Assembly (NCBI GenBank): GCA_037379345.1
Contig: CM074524.1
Span: forward strand, 13,322,885 to 13,386,884
Origin: Perna viridis
Lineage: Eukaryota
Length of the DNA: 64,000 nucleotides
Direction of reading: 5' to 3'
The position numbers were made by a program, and so were the translations under genes. This document shows positions 51,242-64,000 of the stretch, one piece after another; position 1 is the stretch's first letter, and every line of letters starts with the position of its first letter. Under the pieces are notes generated by a model that was given only the letters and a program-made list of their open reading frames with translations, ran no database searches and was not told where the DNA came from.

Positions 51242-51894
51242 CAAGGTATGAAATACGTTTAAATTGATTTGTTAAGGGACTTAAGTACTATTCTGTGTAA
51301 GAATCAGACAATAAGTGACACATCATTTTTTCTCAATTTGGTCTTTTTTGCCTCAAATATATTCAAATACATCTTGAAAACAAATGAAAAGCTATTTAAA
51401 AATTTACCCTGAAGCATTGGTGACATAGATATTCTTTGACTGCTTTTATAAGGAAAAAGTTCAGGAAAATTTTCCAGCCTTTTTTCTATAGTGTATTTCA
51501 ACTAAATTTGAACTATCAAAATCTTAAAAAGGCAAACTTTACAAACACTTCGACAGTCATTTCTTGAGGTTATAAGGTATAAGCATTTGGATAATGCAAT
51601 AAAATCTCTGTGTCTTTTTACTTAATGTGCCACACCTTATATACATTTTGCCCGATTCATAGATGGAGAAGTACTTAAAAAAGTGTCTGGGAAGGACAGG
51701 TTACCAAATTATTCAGGGTTCAGCTTCGACAGGATTCACTGTAAAATTATTAGTGCTGTCTATTAAATGTGTAGAAATAATTGTTATTAGTTTAATTTTA
51801 CATATGTACCTTTAATTAGTGTACTGCAGTTGTCCTGAATTTTATTTTATATATTGGTGAAATGCATGGCCTGATAGGACAATGTTACTCTTCA

Positions 51895-52245
51895 TTTTTA
51901 TGCCCCCGCGACAGTGGAAGGCATATTAATTTACCCCTGTCCGCCTGTCCGGATTACACATGATCATGGCTTGTGTGACTATCTCCTCATACAGTTTTTG
52001 AACTACATCTAAAATATTTTACAGGATATTACTACACATGACAGTGTGCAGGGCTAAAGGATTTTGATTTACGTGAAATATTACGGAAATTGGTGATAGT
52101 TACACTTAGTCATTGTCATCAAAAATAGGGCTATATGGCTTGTCCTGCTATATCCTTTGTCTTCATACAAAAATAAACATGTTCTTAATTTAACAAATCT
52201 AGCGAGCGGGGGCATCATTAGTGTCTTACAGACACATTTGATTTA
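51895..52245 (+). mobile_element. HINE/Helentron-like element
   Basis: ATGCCCCCGC / GCGGGGGCAT subterminal IR, TGTCCG tract, 3' hairpin GTGTCT-TAC-AGACAC. Confidence 0.75.
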
Positions 52246-52344
52246 CTAAAAAATCACTACTAACAAATTACACAGGGGCTCTTGTGACAAACAGGGCTTC
52301 TAGTTTTAGATGGGAATTTAAAGGTCAATATTTGGGACAGGTGT

Positions 52345-52750
52345 ATCACATGTTTAGTGGACTTGAGTGTGGGAGGTTGTAGATAAGATTCTTGTCAGAG
52401 TCACACCAAAGACTTAAAAATAGGTAGTCACTGCTTCTCCTCTAAGCACTCAGTATAGCATTTCAAACAAAATATCCAAAATAAAAATTTGTAGGCTTTT
52501 CACCCATGAATCACATTTTGCAGGATTCTTAAGCTGGAGTACTACTTATGGAGATAGAGTGATGACTTGTTGGCTCGGAGTCGGAATAATGTTAATGAGT
52601 AGGGTGGCATGCTTGCCTGCAGGCTGGCATACTAAAATATCAGACTCATAGTGTCTGACTAGAACAAAGCATTGTGGCATTGGTCAGTCAGTCTTGTCCT
52701 GAAATACACTAATTATCTGCCTTAGGACATTAAACAATAATCAATCATTC
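52345..52750 (+). mobile_element. MetaSINE-like copy interrupted by a family A fragment (52460-52548)
   Basis: CACACCAAAGACTTAAAAATAGGTAGTCACTGCTTCTCCTCTAAGCAC core; GGACATTAAACAATAATCAATC tail. Confidence 0.7.
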
Positions 52751-53178
52751 TAATGGGTCTTATTATGGTTTACTGCTGCAAATTTGTTGGACAGCAAATT
52801 GCATGATGATCTTTTTTTTTTTTGTATTTGTACAATTATTGTCTGCATATAAAGAAGCTAATTGTTTGAGAATTGTGGGATTTGAACAACGAAAAATGGG
52901 GAGATGCAGGTAGCATGTTTATCAGGGTAGCTGTTATAATAGTTTTGGTTTTGACTTGGCTTGGGGTAAAGGTCTTGACTGGCACTTAGAAAAACTATAT
53001 ATCTACTTGAATAACCGATTGGAGTTTCATAAAAACTAGAAGAATGATGTTCCACTACCATTTACTTTATTTTCTGTATACAACCCAATCTCTTGTTATT
53101 TATGAAATATAAACAAAACAGAATACATGAAGAAAAATGACAGAATAATGAAATGGAATGCTTGGTAAGAAAACTATA

Positions 53179-53732
53179 TTAAGGAGGTAGATCTACGGTA
53201 AGGGACACAACTCTTGAAAATCATTGGAACTTTTGTATTCAGCATTTTACATCAATTTCATGTAAGCATTAAAGTAATTGAATCGATTTCACTCTGTTTC
53301 AAATGAAAGATTGACAGGCTTTGGTGAAATTGAATATGAAACATATCACTGATTTCAAGAGCTCAGACCATTACCTTGGGTCTACCTCCTTAAATAATTA
53401 CTGTATGTTCAATTATTGCTTTTATATAACCTAGCTATAATGACAATATAATTCAAAGAGGAAGACCTAGGGTAAGGGACACAACTCTTAAAAATCGTTG
53501 GAACATTTGTATTCAGCATTTTACATCCATTTCATGTAAGCATCAGAGTAACTTGGATTGATTCACTCTGTTTCAAATGAAACCCTGAAAGGCTTTGGTG
53601 CAATTGAATATGATACAAACATATCACTGATTTCAAGAATTCTGTCCCTTACCCTAGGTCTACCTCCTTAAATAATAACTGTAAGTTCAATTATTGCCTT
53701 TATATAACCTAGCTATAATGACAATATAATTT
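53179..53732. mobile_element. Tandem duplication of MITE family B plus about 60 bp of flank
   Basis: Copies at 53179-53393 and 53453-53671, each followed by ACTGTA.GTTCAATTATTGC.TTTATATAACCTAGCTATAATGACAATATAATT. Confidence 0.85.
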
Positions 53733-54304
53733 CAAATCACACAATTTATCATCATTGAACAAAAAAAGTATTGTAAAAGTAAAGTGTGTATTTTAAGTTA
53801 AAATAGAAATGCCCTCCTACATTTATTTACCCATACATGTATATACAAAAAAACTATGATAAACAATGGAAAGATTTGTTAACTTACACAAATAGATTGT
53901 CATTAAAGTACAGCTCTGCCTTAAAACCAGGCAGAAGCTTTTGTTAAGTGATTCATGCATTTCTTAATCACAAATATTTTTTTGATTGGAAATCCTTCAG
54001 TAGGTCTCATAAAAACTATTCAAAAATAAAAGTGCAAACGAAAGTTGCCCACTGGAGATATCAACACTAAAAATTAAATTATGTTTACTACAGAAAAGTA
54101 CTGGAAAATTTCCAACCAAAATTTTTACAATATAACCAGTCAAAAAATATTTCACAACATATAGCAGATACAAGGAAATGAACATTGGAAATATTGTTTT
54201 GAGGATGTAACAGATGTATTTGAACACACTGATTATCTAGAGATATGATGAATCACCCCTGCCTGTTTGTTAGACAGAACAATGCTTAAATTGATTGATT
54301 GTCA

Positions 54305-54632
54305 AAAATTGCCTTGGTGGTCTTGTGGCAGTGTGTTCACCTTAAGTTGGTGATCATAGATTGGATGATTCGGATCCACACCTAAGCCATAACTAAGTCT
54401 TAAAATTACGCATCTTTATCGAGCATTAATGTTATATAAGAGAAACTAAGGACTGGTTTGCTTTGGATACAGAATTATGTATTCAAAAGAGGTGACCTGC
54501 CTTCCTGGAGATCAATAACATTTGAAACATCTGGCTTTACAAATTAGTCAAAGACTGACCAAACATTCCCATCATGCAATGCAGAATACTTGTATATTTG
54601 ACAATGGATGTTAAACCGCAATAAATCAATCA
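54305..54632 (+). mobile_element. Degenerate MetaSINE-like copy
   Basis: GGTGGTCTTGTGG head, GACTGGTTTGCT body, GATGTTAAACCGCAATAAATCAATC tail. Confidence 0.55.
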
Positions 54633-56216
54633 ATATTTAAAACAATATTTGTATGCTAGAGAAAACCATATAAGATACTTTATACTGACCGAAGAATGGA
54701 GAAATACCAGAAATCAGTGGAGACTAAAAAGTAACAGGCTGTCCAGGACCCCTAATGCTTAAAAGTTTGGTTGATTATATAGAAAAAGGAAATAATGAGC
54801 TGGCCCCCTTAAACCAGTTGGTACCCCCTTTCTGAATTTTTGGATCTGCCACCAAAAATAAAGCCATCCTATCAAACAGAAAGTTGGATAATGTAAACAG
54901 CAGAAATACAATACTGAAAGTAGTTTTAACAAAAAAGTGCATACATAAATAGTTATACAAAAAGGCTTCGGAGAATGAATGTTAATTACTTGGTACTTAG
55001 GCCCTCTCCTGCCTCTTTTGAGGGTCCCTCATTGCCCATTTTTAATGCCATATCAATAAAAGAAGACAAAAAAGACCTCCGTCAGTTTTTAGTTATGAAT
55101 GCTGTTACAATTAGCCTCCTCAATAAAAGTGTAAAAGATTCCCCATTACTCTTGCCTGAATATAGCTGAAATATTGCAGCACGGGCGTTAAGCCCCAACA
55201 ATCAATCATTCAACCGTTACTCGTGTAAACTTTCATGAAAAATGACGTACGAACCAAGTAATTAACTTTAAAGAGTCTAATCACAACCTCGATCTTGATT
55301 CCTTTAGCTCAGGAGAAAAGGTTTGAGGGAATTATATACATCTGTCAGCATCTGACAGAATTGTACATATGTAGCCATAAAACTTCTTTTTGATTACACA
55401 TATTCTGGGTCCTTCAACAGCTTGCTGGTCATTAGTGTCTGAATAATTTTAGTTAGAATATCTTATCCACTAAGAGATCAGTGTTGACAAAGATTTTCAA
55501 GTGGTCTATTACCATTCTCTACACAAATAAGTGTAAATTAAGTTTAAAATGTTAAGTTATTTCTTTATTTCTTTCTCTCTGAAAAATTTTAACTCATTCC
55601 CACCCCCCACCCCCCCAAAAAAAAAAAAAAAAATTCTTGTTATATTTAATTCCAAGCCAGGGTGCATACAAAAATATTGCAATCTTGAATACGAGGTAAA
55701 TTCTGCATTAGTATTAAAGTATATAAATTCAAGAAATACAGAGAAACCTGCGTAAATCCTGAACATTGTTCTGTTTATTCTACTTGATCCTGAACATTGA
55801 TTTGTTTATACTACTTAATTACAATCCATATTTTTCACAGTATTCTATGGAAATGATCCGTAAAATCCTGAACTTTCTAATATTTTAACAAAGGTACTAT
55901 GAAGATATTTAAAATCCGTAGAGCGTAATTTGCACTCAAAATCCACAGAAAATTTGGATAATCCGTACAAGTAAACACCTCTGTGAACAACCTAAAAACC
56001 TGTCTAAACCAGACACTTTTAAAATCCATTTATATCAGTTTTAAACCTTGGTAAACTGAACACCTGTCAAGACTGTACCAATTTCAGTCAAAAAGGGGTT
56101 TGGTTTAGAGAAGTTTCACTGTAAAATGTATTCACAAATCTCAATTCTAAAATAAAAGCACTTTGGTATAAAATGATACATTTTGATGATTTAGCTCATG
56201 GTTCTCAACATGCTAT

Positions 56217-59200
56217 TCACAACTTAACACAAACAGTTTTCTGTTCCATGAAAAATTCCATAGAGTCGGCTGTTCCTTCACGTCCTACTCCAGAATCCTT
56301 CATTCCACCAAATGGCATGTTTAAATCTCGCACCAACCAACAGTTTGTCCATACAGTCCCAACCTTCAAATAAAAATATGTCCATATAGATCATTTATTA
56401 TATAAATGTATACCGGTAAATATTAATAAACAATAATATAGGATTATTGCATTTATTTTGGTAAATATTGTCTCAAGCAGATTGCAGTATTATACTCTGT
56501 AAGGGATAATAATAATAATCCTTTTATAATACTGTGAAAGAATTATTGTGGGGTACCAATTTTTTGTGGGTTTGGTAAACCATGAAATTAATTTCCCAAT
56601 GAAAAGAAAATTTCCCAATGTTTTGTATAATAGAGTTGACAAATCAGCAAATTCATGAACCTACGAAATGATAAATTTTCCTTAATCCATGAAAATTAGT
56701 ACCCACTAATAAAAGTACATTCACAGTATAGTAATAAGTATTTCATACATCCATATGTGCCTGTACAGATTCATTCATTTACAAAATTATTAAACATTGA
56801 ACTAATTCTAATATGGGCCAAAATTTCACATCTGAATCAATTCAATATACGTCTCGTTTTCAACATCTATTCTGAAATTACTATTAATTGGTATTAATCT
56901 CATCTACTTAACATTCATCTGGATCTACTTAATATTCATCTGGATTTTTTAACAAGAAATAAAATGCATTGTGGAATGATTAACATCCACCGTTTTGTGT
57001 TGACAATGCAATATTACCAGAGTCAATTTCATAAAATATGGTTCTTCTATGGCATGGTTGTTTTCTCTGTCTTTTCTATTTAAACTAGAAATACTGTGGG
57101 CAAGATCACACAGAGAATACACCACACCATACTTCAAATGTATTTAAATGTAAAATCCTTGATGGATTATCTCCCTTTGGATTAATGTGCCAGGACTTAT
57201 ATTCCTTCATGCATATATACATATGATGCCCAACCTAGCAATATAATTTCATTTAAATCCCTTGAGCAATCTCTATGGAGTTGCATTTAAGAGGTTTTAA
57301 TATGTTGAAATTCGATATCTTTTGGAGACCTCTGACAGTAATTATGTTTCTTTTTGCAAATTGACATATGATACCCAGCCTTCTTCATATCAAAATCCCT
57401 TTTTTTTAGTTTATGAGGAGTTGCGCTTAGAGGTTTTAACACGTTAAACCCTTAACTTGGATTTTCTCCCTTTAAAGTCTTCTGACAGAAAGTATATTCT
57501 TTCATGCACATCTGCACATGATACCCAGCCTTTCCATAAAATAACATCAAAAAGCCTTGAGCAGTTCAGGAGAAGTTGCACTTAGAGGTTTTAACATGTA
57601 AAACCCTTAATTTGGATTATCTCCCAATGTAGTCTTTCAACAGTAACTATATTCCTTCATGCACATCTACATATGATATCCAACCTTCCATCAAAGTCCC
57701 TTGAATGGTTTATGAGGAGTTGCGCTTACAAGAAATATGGACAGACGGATGGACGGACGGCACGACTGAGGGACAGACAGGTGATTCCTATATTCCACCC
57801 AAACTTTGTTACTGGAGGCAAGGGGGGAGTATAATTAACTTGGTCCATGCTCCCAGGTTTTGGTTGAGTCTGATTTACTTTTGTTGCTTTGTATTATTAT
57901 TTTGGTTATTTTATGTGCTTTGTTATGTATGTCTGTTTCACATGTCTGGTCGTTGTCCCTGGATTGCATTCTTTTGATTTCCGCTAAAATCTTGGTTTCC
58001 ATGATTACTTTTCCATCAACTCATTGCAATTCAGTTATCATTGATGTAAATATTGTATTTTATTTGATTTTCTCAATGTTTTGAATACTGTACTCTACTA
58101 GATCTGTATTCCCAATTCTATAATACCTGCAACTCTCTTGCCACACGATGCACTGTGGAGACATTTGATGTCCACAATGTAGCACATAGTCCATACTGCA
58201 CACCATTGGCCCTTCTAATAACTTCCTCCTCGGTATCAAACGGCATAACACACGTCACTGGTCCAAAAATCTCTTCCTGGATCACGCGAGAGTTGTCTGC
58301 TACGTTGGTGATAATTGTAGGTCTCATGAAATAACCCTTGAAAGAAGGAGCATAACAAATAAATATATACATATTTTCCAAACTATAAATCGATGTGGAG
58401 TATAAGTTGAATTGCCTAATTTTGACCAAAATCGATAAAAAAACATAGATAAGTCGAATTTGCCAGATAAGTCGAGGGTCAGAAGTGTGCATTTATATTG
58501 AAGGTGTCATTGCAGATCCCATTGAGCGGTTTATTTTTAAAGCATATTACTCCAGCGATGTTTCTTAATACTTCCCTACCTATAACATGGGTTAAGAGGA
58601 GATGAGGATACAAAAATAGACCAAAATGGGACATTCAATGAGACAACTCCATGTTGCAAAATATTTTTGGATGTACAAGCAATTTATAATGACCAATATT
58701 CAAACTTGATTTGCATTTTATGATACTCACAATTTAACTAAAAGTTTGAAAAAGATCCTTCAACATCTACAAAAATTATCATCTGGAAATCGGGGATGGA
58801 TGGATGAATGACTGACATGCAACTTTTCGGGGGTATCACATAATACCTTGCCAAATCATCTGACGGGGTAAAAATGTAGTTAAACAGAGAGACAGTATGA
58901 TAGGACAGTATGTGTGTATATATACAATGTCTCAGAGTGTGACGACTCTATTCCCCAAAAATTTGCGAANNNNNNNNNNNNNNNNNNNNNNNNNNNNNNN
59001 NNNNNNNNNNNNNNNNNNNNNNNNNNNNNNNNNNNNNNNNNNNNNNNNNNNNNNNNNNNNNNNNNNNNNNNNNNNNNNNNNNNNNNNNNNNNNNNNNNNN
59101 NNNNNNNNNNNNNNNNNNNNNNNNTGACGACTCTATTCGCTATATTGGGGTATAACCAAAAAAGTCCTCTAAAAATAACAGTATCTATTAATAAAAAAAT

Positions 59201-62200
59201 CCTTAATAAACAAAGTGTCTACAAATATTGAGAATAACTCATATGACAATGGTCTATAATTTTCAAAATGGTCAGCTTTCTACAGGAGAGTTTTGAATGA
59301 AAAAATAACTTTCTAACCAGAGAAAATAAGAAACAAAACTTCCAAATCATAATAGGATAACTAACTGGAAGGAGTGAATAATCAAAATATGATCACGAGT
59401 TAAATCTTACTGACACAAGTGATCATATTTTAGTTATTCACGATAACCAATTGATTATCCTATTTATTATATAAGTTTCCTTGATTATTCGTTGCTATTG
59501 ATATCAAGGTTGTGACATAAAATATTATTTCACAGAGTGATCATGAATTATCAAAATTTATTACACTGGGAACATTTGATCATTTCCATGGGGAGACAAG
59601 TACCTGTCTGAGTTTACAAGGAGAATCATTGTCACTATTTTGCCCAATACGGCTGACAAATCTTGGATGTGACTGAAAGATTTGTAGATTGGCATTTTCT
59701 ATAACATGGGAAAAAATATAAGGATATCTGAGGTAAGGTGATCAAAATTCTGTACAAGGGGGTGATATATTCCATATTTTCTGAGTTATTCATTTTCATT
59801 ATAAATTGTTTTGGAACCAAATTCATAAATGTAATTACATTTTTATTTCTTTCTGGTAAATTCAGAACCTCTTTGCCACAGACTATAGTAGCACCCTCTT
59901 TTTCTGCAATCTCAACATAGCCTTTGACCTTAGCTAGGTGTTCTTTACTAATCAAAGCACCAATAAATGACTTGTCATCCTTTGGATCACCAACAACCAG
60001 ATTTCTATAATGTAAGTAAATTTTTTTTTAAGTGATAAAAAAACATACCGGTACATTCTTAATCAGCGATCAAGGAAATGTTATCTTTTATCGGTGTGAG
60101 GAATCTTTTGAGACAAGATTACTTCAATTTTTAGCGATGAGAAATTTCCTTATCTCCCCTATTGAAGAAATAAAGCATAAAATTTTTGTGACGTCAGAGT
60201 TAAACATTTGATCTCAGACACCCTAAAGTAAAATTTGGATATTCTATAACTCAGCAATGCCTCACTAGGGAACTACTAAACACACCCGAGAGTGTCTGAA
60301 ATTACAGTCTTGCACTTTCAGCTGTATAACATTCTTGACATCTTTTTCAAAATGAAGCACAGGACCTGTTTTCAAAATCTATGCATTCGTATAACAAAAA
60401 AGTTCCCTTTCCCTTGAAAGTGAATAAACCAACCATTCTTATTTTGTTGCAAAATTTGTTGTAAGGGGAAATTTCATGGGATAACACAGTAAAAATCTGG
60501 GTCAATTCCACAAATTACTGCCTCACTTTTTAACACATGTGCATGCAGTATTATTTACACCTCATATACATGTATCTTCAAATACAATAAGTTATCTCCT
60601 AAATCTAAGATCTTTTCAAAGTTCATGTATTTCTATATAGAAATACTTACTTGGCAGCTTCAGTGAATTTTTCCAGGAACGTTGGATACAGATTTCTCTG
60701 CACATAAATCCTACTGGTACACAGACAAATCTCTCCTTGGTTTATAAAGCTAGATCTATAATATATTATCAAGACATGAATAATATATATAAAAAGGTGA
60801 GTTCTGAGTTATATCAATGGTAACTAAAGCTTTTGAATGGTAATCTTCTGATTTACCCCATACACAGCCAAATTAGCCACATAAGAAAATCATATGTTTC
60901 TTAAGGAGGTAGACCTAGGGTAAGGGACATAACTTTTGAAATCAGTGATATGTTTGTATCATTTTCAATTTCACCAAAGCCTATCAAGCTTTCATTTGAA
61001 ACAGAATGAAATCAGTCCAAGTTGCTTTGAAGCTTACATCAGAATGATGTAAAATGTTGAATACAAACATTCCATTGATTTGTAAGAGTTGTGTCCCTTA
61101 CCCTAGGACTACCTCCTTAATTCATATGATAATAAGCACCTGAGAGTCATATAATTAGCATATGACCTTAATATGTAAATATTTGCCTGCTAATATATGA
61201 TAATTGTGTGATTAATCAAATGATTATCATATGTAAATTAAAAAAAATATGTTAATCATATGCTTGATTCATTTGATAAATATAATGATTCTCATATGTA
61301 ACACTTTTTTCCTGTGTACAACATCCTCTCATTATCAATTCTCAATAATTGAAACATCCCTATTCCCCATAGAATCTTCATTGCAGGTTTCATGACTCCA
61401 TAATATTTAAAATGACAAAAATCAATTTACCTAATGGTTGTTGCAATGCATTTCTCCAGATCAGCATCATTAAATATCACAGCTGGATTCTTTCCCCCTA
61501 ACTGCAAAATATTAAAATGTCAAAACTATAATACTGCTGGAAATTTAAAAAATTGATTTGATGAGATTTATATGTTATAATATGGATCTCAGTGTTCTAG
61601 GATTCCTATTTCCTGTTACCTGGGGCAAGTGAAATTTGGGTCAGGGAAAGTTAGGTACTTAGTTACACTTTCCTGTGGCAAGTTGAAAACTTCATATGCT
61701 GTAAGGATTTATTTTGTTAGGAAAGCAGTCATTGACTGTGGGAAAGTTGATTTTATATGGATTTTTCCTCAGGAAACCTCAATTTCTGAAAAATCCAAGA
61801 ACACTGGATCTAAGTCTTAGGCGGAGTAGTTTGAAATAGTTTTATTTTGGTAATTTGCTGATTCAACTTAACATCATTAAAAAATAAAACAAGAAAATTT
61901 TTAAGTAGGGGTATTTCACAGATATTTTATAACCAGAATAATATGAAAATGACTGTAAATTTATTTATTTTAGAGGTGTACTAATTTTCTCTATTTTCAC
62001 AGTGGACAGATAAGTGTGAAAAAAAGTACCCCTGAAATGGATTTTTCACACTATATTACACTTATCATTTTTTTAAACATTAGTGAATATGATTGTGTGA
62101 CAAAATCCACGAAAAATTAGCAACCGTGAAAATTAATACGTTTATAGTATTCAAATGCAAAAAGTCCATAACATGTATATATTTTCACAAATGGTTAAAA

Positions 62201-63022
62201 ATATGAAGAGTCACTGCAAAAGTCATTTCTCATTCAAGAAAATATTTCAATATTTCTAAAACCACAAACATTACTTCCTGGAACTGAACCTGTTAAAACA
62301 AGCAGTGTTTACATTAACATCTAATGGAAGTGTATTTAGAGAATTTATAGCCAATTGAAACAGTGAAATAGACCAGTCAACTAAACACCTTTGTGATCTT
62401 TTGAACACTGTATTTAAAGTTTGAATGCTGTCAATAATGATGGCCTTAACCTTTAAAAAATACCATTCACCAGTGTGTTTGGGTAAATTATACTCTACAA
62501 AAATAATAAATTACAATGGCTTGGTTGGAAGTTCAAATAAAATAAAATAAACAATGTTATCCAATCAGAAACAAGTAAAATCCCTTGAATGTAGACTCTA
62601 AATACAAGGGATTTCACTTGTTTCTGATTGGATAGCATTGTTCATTTTATTTTATTTCTACCTAGAGAGCTATTTAAATTTTCAGTAGCCTACTCCAATT
62701 TGTATTGAAATTAGAACTGGTCTATTTCAACTTGCTGTAATGCTACATTCTCAGTGATACTTGAAGCAGTCTATACAGAGATCATTCAAATGCATTGAAA
62801 ATAGACAGTGAGAGCTCTTTTCACCCCCTTCCCCTCCCTTAATCCACGAACAAACCTCCAAAGAAAGTTTTTTACAGTAAGGGGCAGCTGATGCTCTTAG
62901 TCTTCTGGCTGTGGCAGTCCCTCCTGTGAAAGATACTAGGGGTACATCTGGATGTGTAACAATGGCTTCTCCTGCCTTAGGTCCGACGCCAAATACAAAA
63001 TTAATGACACCAGGAGGTAAAC
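56217..63022 (-). CDS. ALDH8A1: 2-aminomuconic semialdehyde dehydrogenase (ALDH8A1), last six exons; 5' part lies beyond the window
   Basis: Exons 63022-62856, 61501-61431, 60755-60651, 60004-59839, 58336-58127, 56363-56217. Motifs SFTGGT, LSLELGGKNP (catalytic Glu), SSFINQGEICLCTSRI (catalytic Cys; GEICLC is typical of ALDH8), EEIFGPV, VWTNCWLVRDLNMPFGGMKDSGVGREG. Confidence 0.92.
56950..57835 (-). mobile_element. HINE-like element with about 150-bp internal tandem repeats
   Basis: Repeat cores ATGATACCCAGCC near 57222, 57368, 57518, 57673; (GGAC)n tract at 57740-57780. Confidence 0.65.
58970..59124. other. Assembly gap
   Basis: Run of 155 N; TGACGACTCTATTC occurs on both sides. Confidence 1.
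59349..59472. repeat. Palindromic mini-element
   Basis: AATAGGATAA..GTGAATAA..AAAATATGATCAC / GTGATCATATTTT..TTATTCAC..TTATCCTATT. Confidence 0.65.
60901..61120. mobile_element. MITE family B, intact
   Basis: TTAA-GGAGGTAGACCTAGGGTAAGGGACA ... TGTCCCTTACCCTAGGACTACCTCC-TTAA. Confidence 0.92.
62365..62728. mobile_element. MITE with long internal palindrome
   Basis: Outer IR GAAATAGACCAGT / ACTGGTCTATTTC; inner 53-bp arms at 62535-62587 and 62605-62657. Confidence 0.7.
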
Positions 63023-63097
63023 CTGAAAATATCCAATTACATGTATCATAAAGTAAAGGTTCCAATCATTTACTTTTGCAGAACAATTTAAGTGAAT

Positions 63098-63308
63098 TAC
63101 TATGAAAGTATTATTGTTCATGGGGTACCAACTTTTGTGGTTTCTGTGGGTTCAGAAAACCACAAAATTTGGTTCCAAACAAAAAGGAAATTTCCTATTT
63201 ATTTGTACAATGGAGTTGTCAAATCCACAAATTTAGGAATCTACGATCTGCTGTTTTTTCCCTAAACCATGAATTTGGTACCCACAAATAAAAGGACTTT
63301 CACAGTAT
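63098..63308. mobile_element. TA-flanked MITE (TACTGT..ACAGTA type); homologue at 56529-56730
   Basis: GGGGTACCAA.TTTTGTGG..GGTACCCAC.AATAAAAG.AC.TTCACAGTA shared between the two copies. Confidence 0.7.
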
Positions 63309-63335
63309 TGTCTGCAAACCAATTCATTTTCTTGT

Positions 63336-63555
63336 TTAAGGAGATAGACATAAGGTAAGGGATATAATTCTTGAATTCAGTGATATGTTTACATCATATT
63401 CAATTTCACCAAATCCTATCAAGCTTTTAATTGAAACAGAATGAAATCAACCCCAGTTACTTTGATACTTACATGAGATTGATTTAAAATGTTGAATACA
63501 AATGTTCCAATGATTTGTAAGAGTTGTGTCTCTTACCATAGGTCTACCTCCTTAA
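63336..63555. mobile_element. MITE family B
   Basis: TTAA ends; homologous to 60901-61120. Confidence 0.88.
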
Positions 63556-63573
63556 GTAAATGAATTCAACCAT

Positions 63574-63976
63574 TTAAGTGGCTGTCTTTGTTAGAATCAT
63601 GCAATATCTGAAAAATGTGATACACCCCAAAAAAGCTACATATTTTTATTTTTGTAATTAAGTTGTTTTATGGGTCTGTACTATGAAATGTGTAATAATT
63701 CATTCAAATCTGTCTGCTCTTAGGAGATAATCAACACTGAAAATCCAATAGATCCTATTGTATTTGAGTGTAATTTACAGAGTTATCTCCCTTAATTTTG
63801 AAATCTACAGTGCATTCTATATAATTTTTATCTCCTAAGAACACGAGGTATATGGAAAACTGAATGTAAATTTCTGTTTACTATGGCAATTCAAACAAAA
63901 TATCAAAAATAAAAATATGTAGACTTTTCACCCATGAATCACATTTTGCATGATTCTTAGCTGGAGTGCTACTTAA
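63574..63976 (-). mobile_element. MITE family A
   Basis: Reverse complement of 1012-1429, with TTAA ends. Confidence 0.88.
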
Positions 63977-64000
63977 GTCCTCAACTATCACTCTCTCTCT

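Overview
AT-rich, intron-rich animal DNA. The repeats (tRNA-head SINEs of MetaSINE type, Helentron-like HINE elements, many MITEs) and a RING-less B-box/NHL TRIM point to a bivalve mollusc, possibly a mussel (inference). Splicing the exons by hand gives seven genes: (1) a 3-exon, 114-aa single-pass membrane orphan (4394-6419 +); (2,3) two intronless, inverted, outward-facing paralogous NKL-type homeobox genes (14052-14741 -, 21342-22040 +); (4) between them, a 7-coding-exon, 374-aa orphan (16276-20202 -) that the ORF track only shows in pieces; (5) a complete 25-exon PRPF6 (22795-50590 +, 929 aa); (6) a B-box/coiled-coil/NHL TRIM nested antisense in PRPF6 intron 20; (7) the 3' six exons of ALDH8A1 (56217-63022 -). 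The best novelty candidate is the 14-22 kb locus. Both homeobox genes have a Vent-like N-terminal repressor motif and an unusual Trp at homeodomain position 47. They also share a conserved TAAT-rich TATA promoter and ARE plus Pumilio elements in the 3'UTR. The gene between them has two AKAP-like helices and an X-box/CRE promoter. Also notable: one PRPF6 acceptor is the last unit of a tandem array of decoy acceptors. There are two assembly gaps (13680-13809, 58970-59124). All gene models and family calls were made by eye, with no database search.
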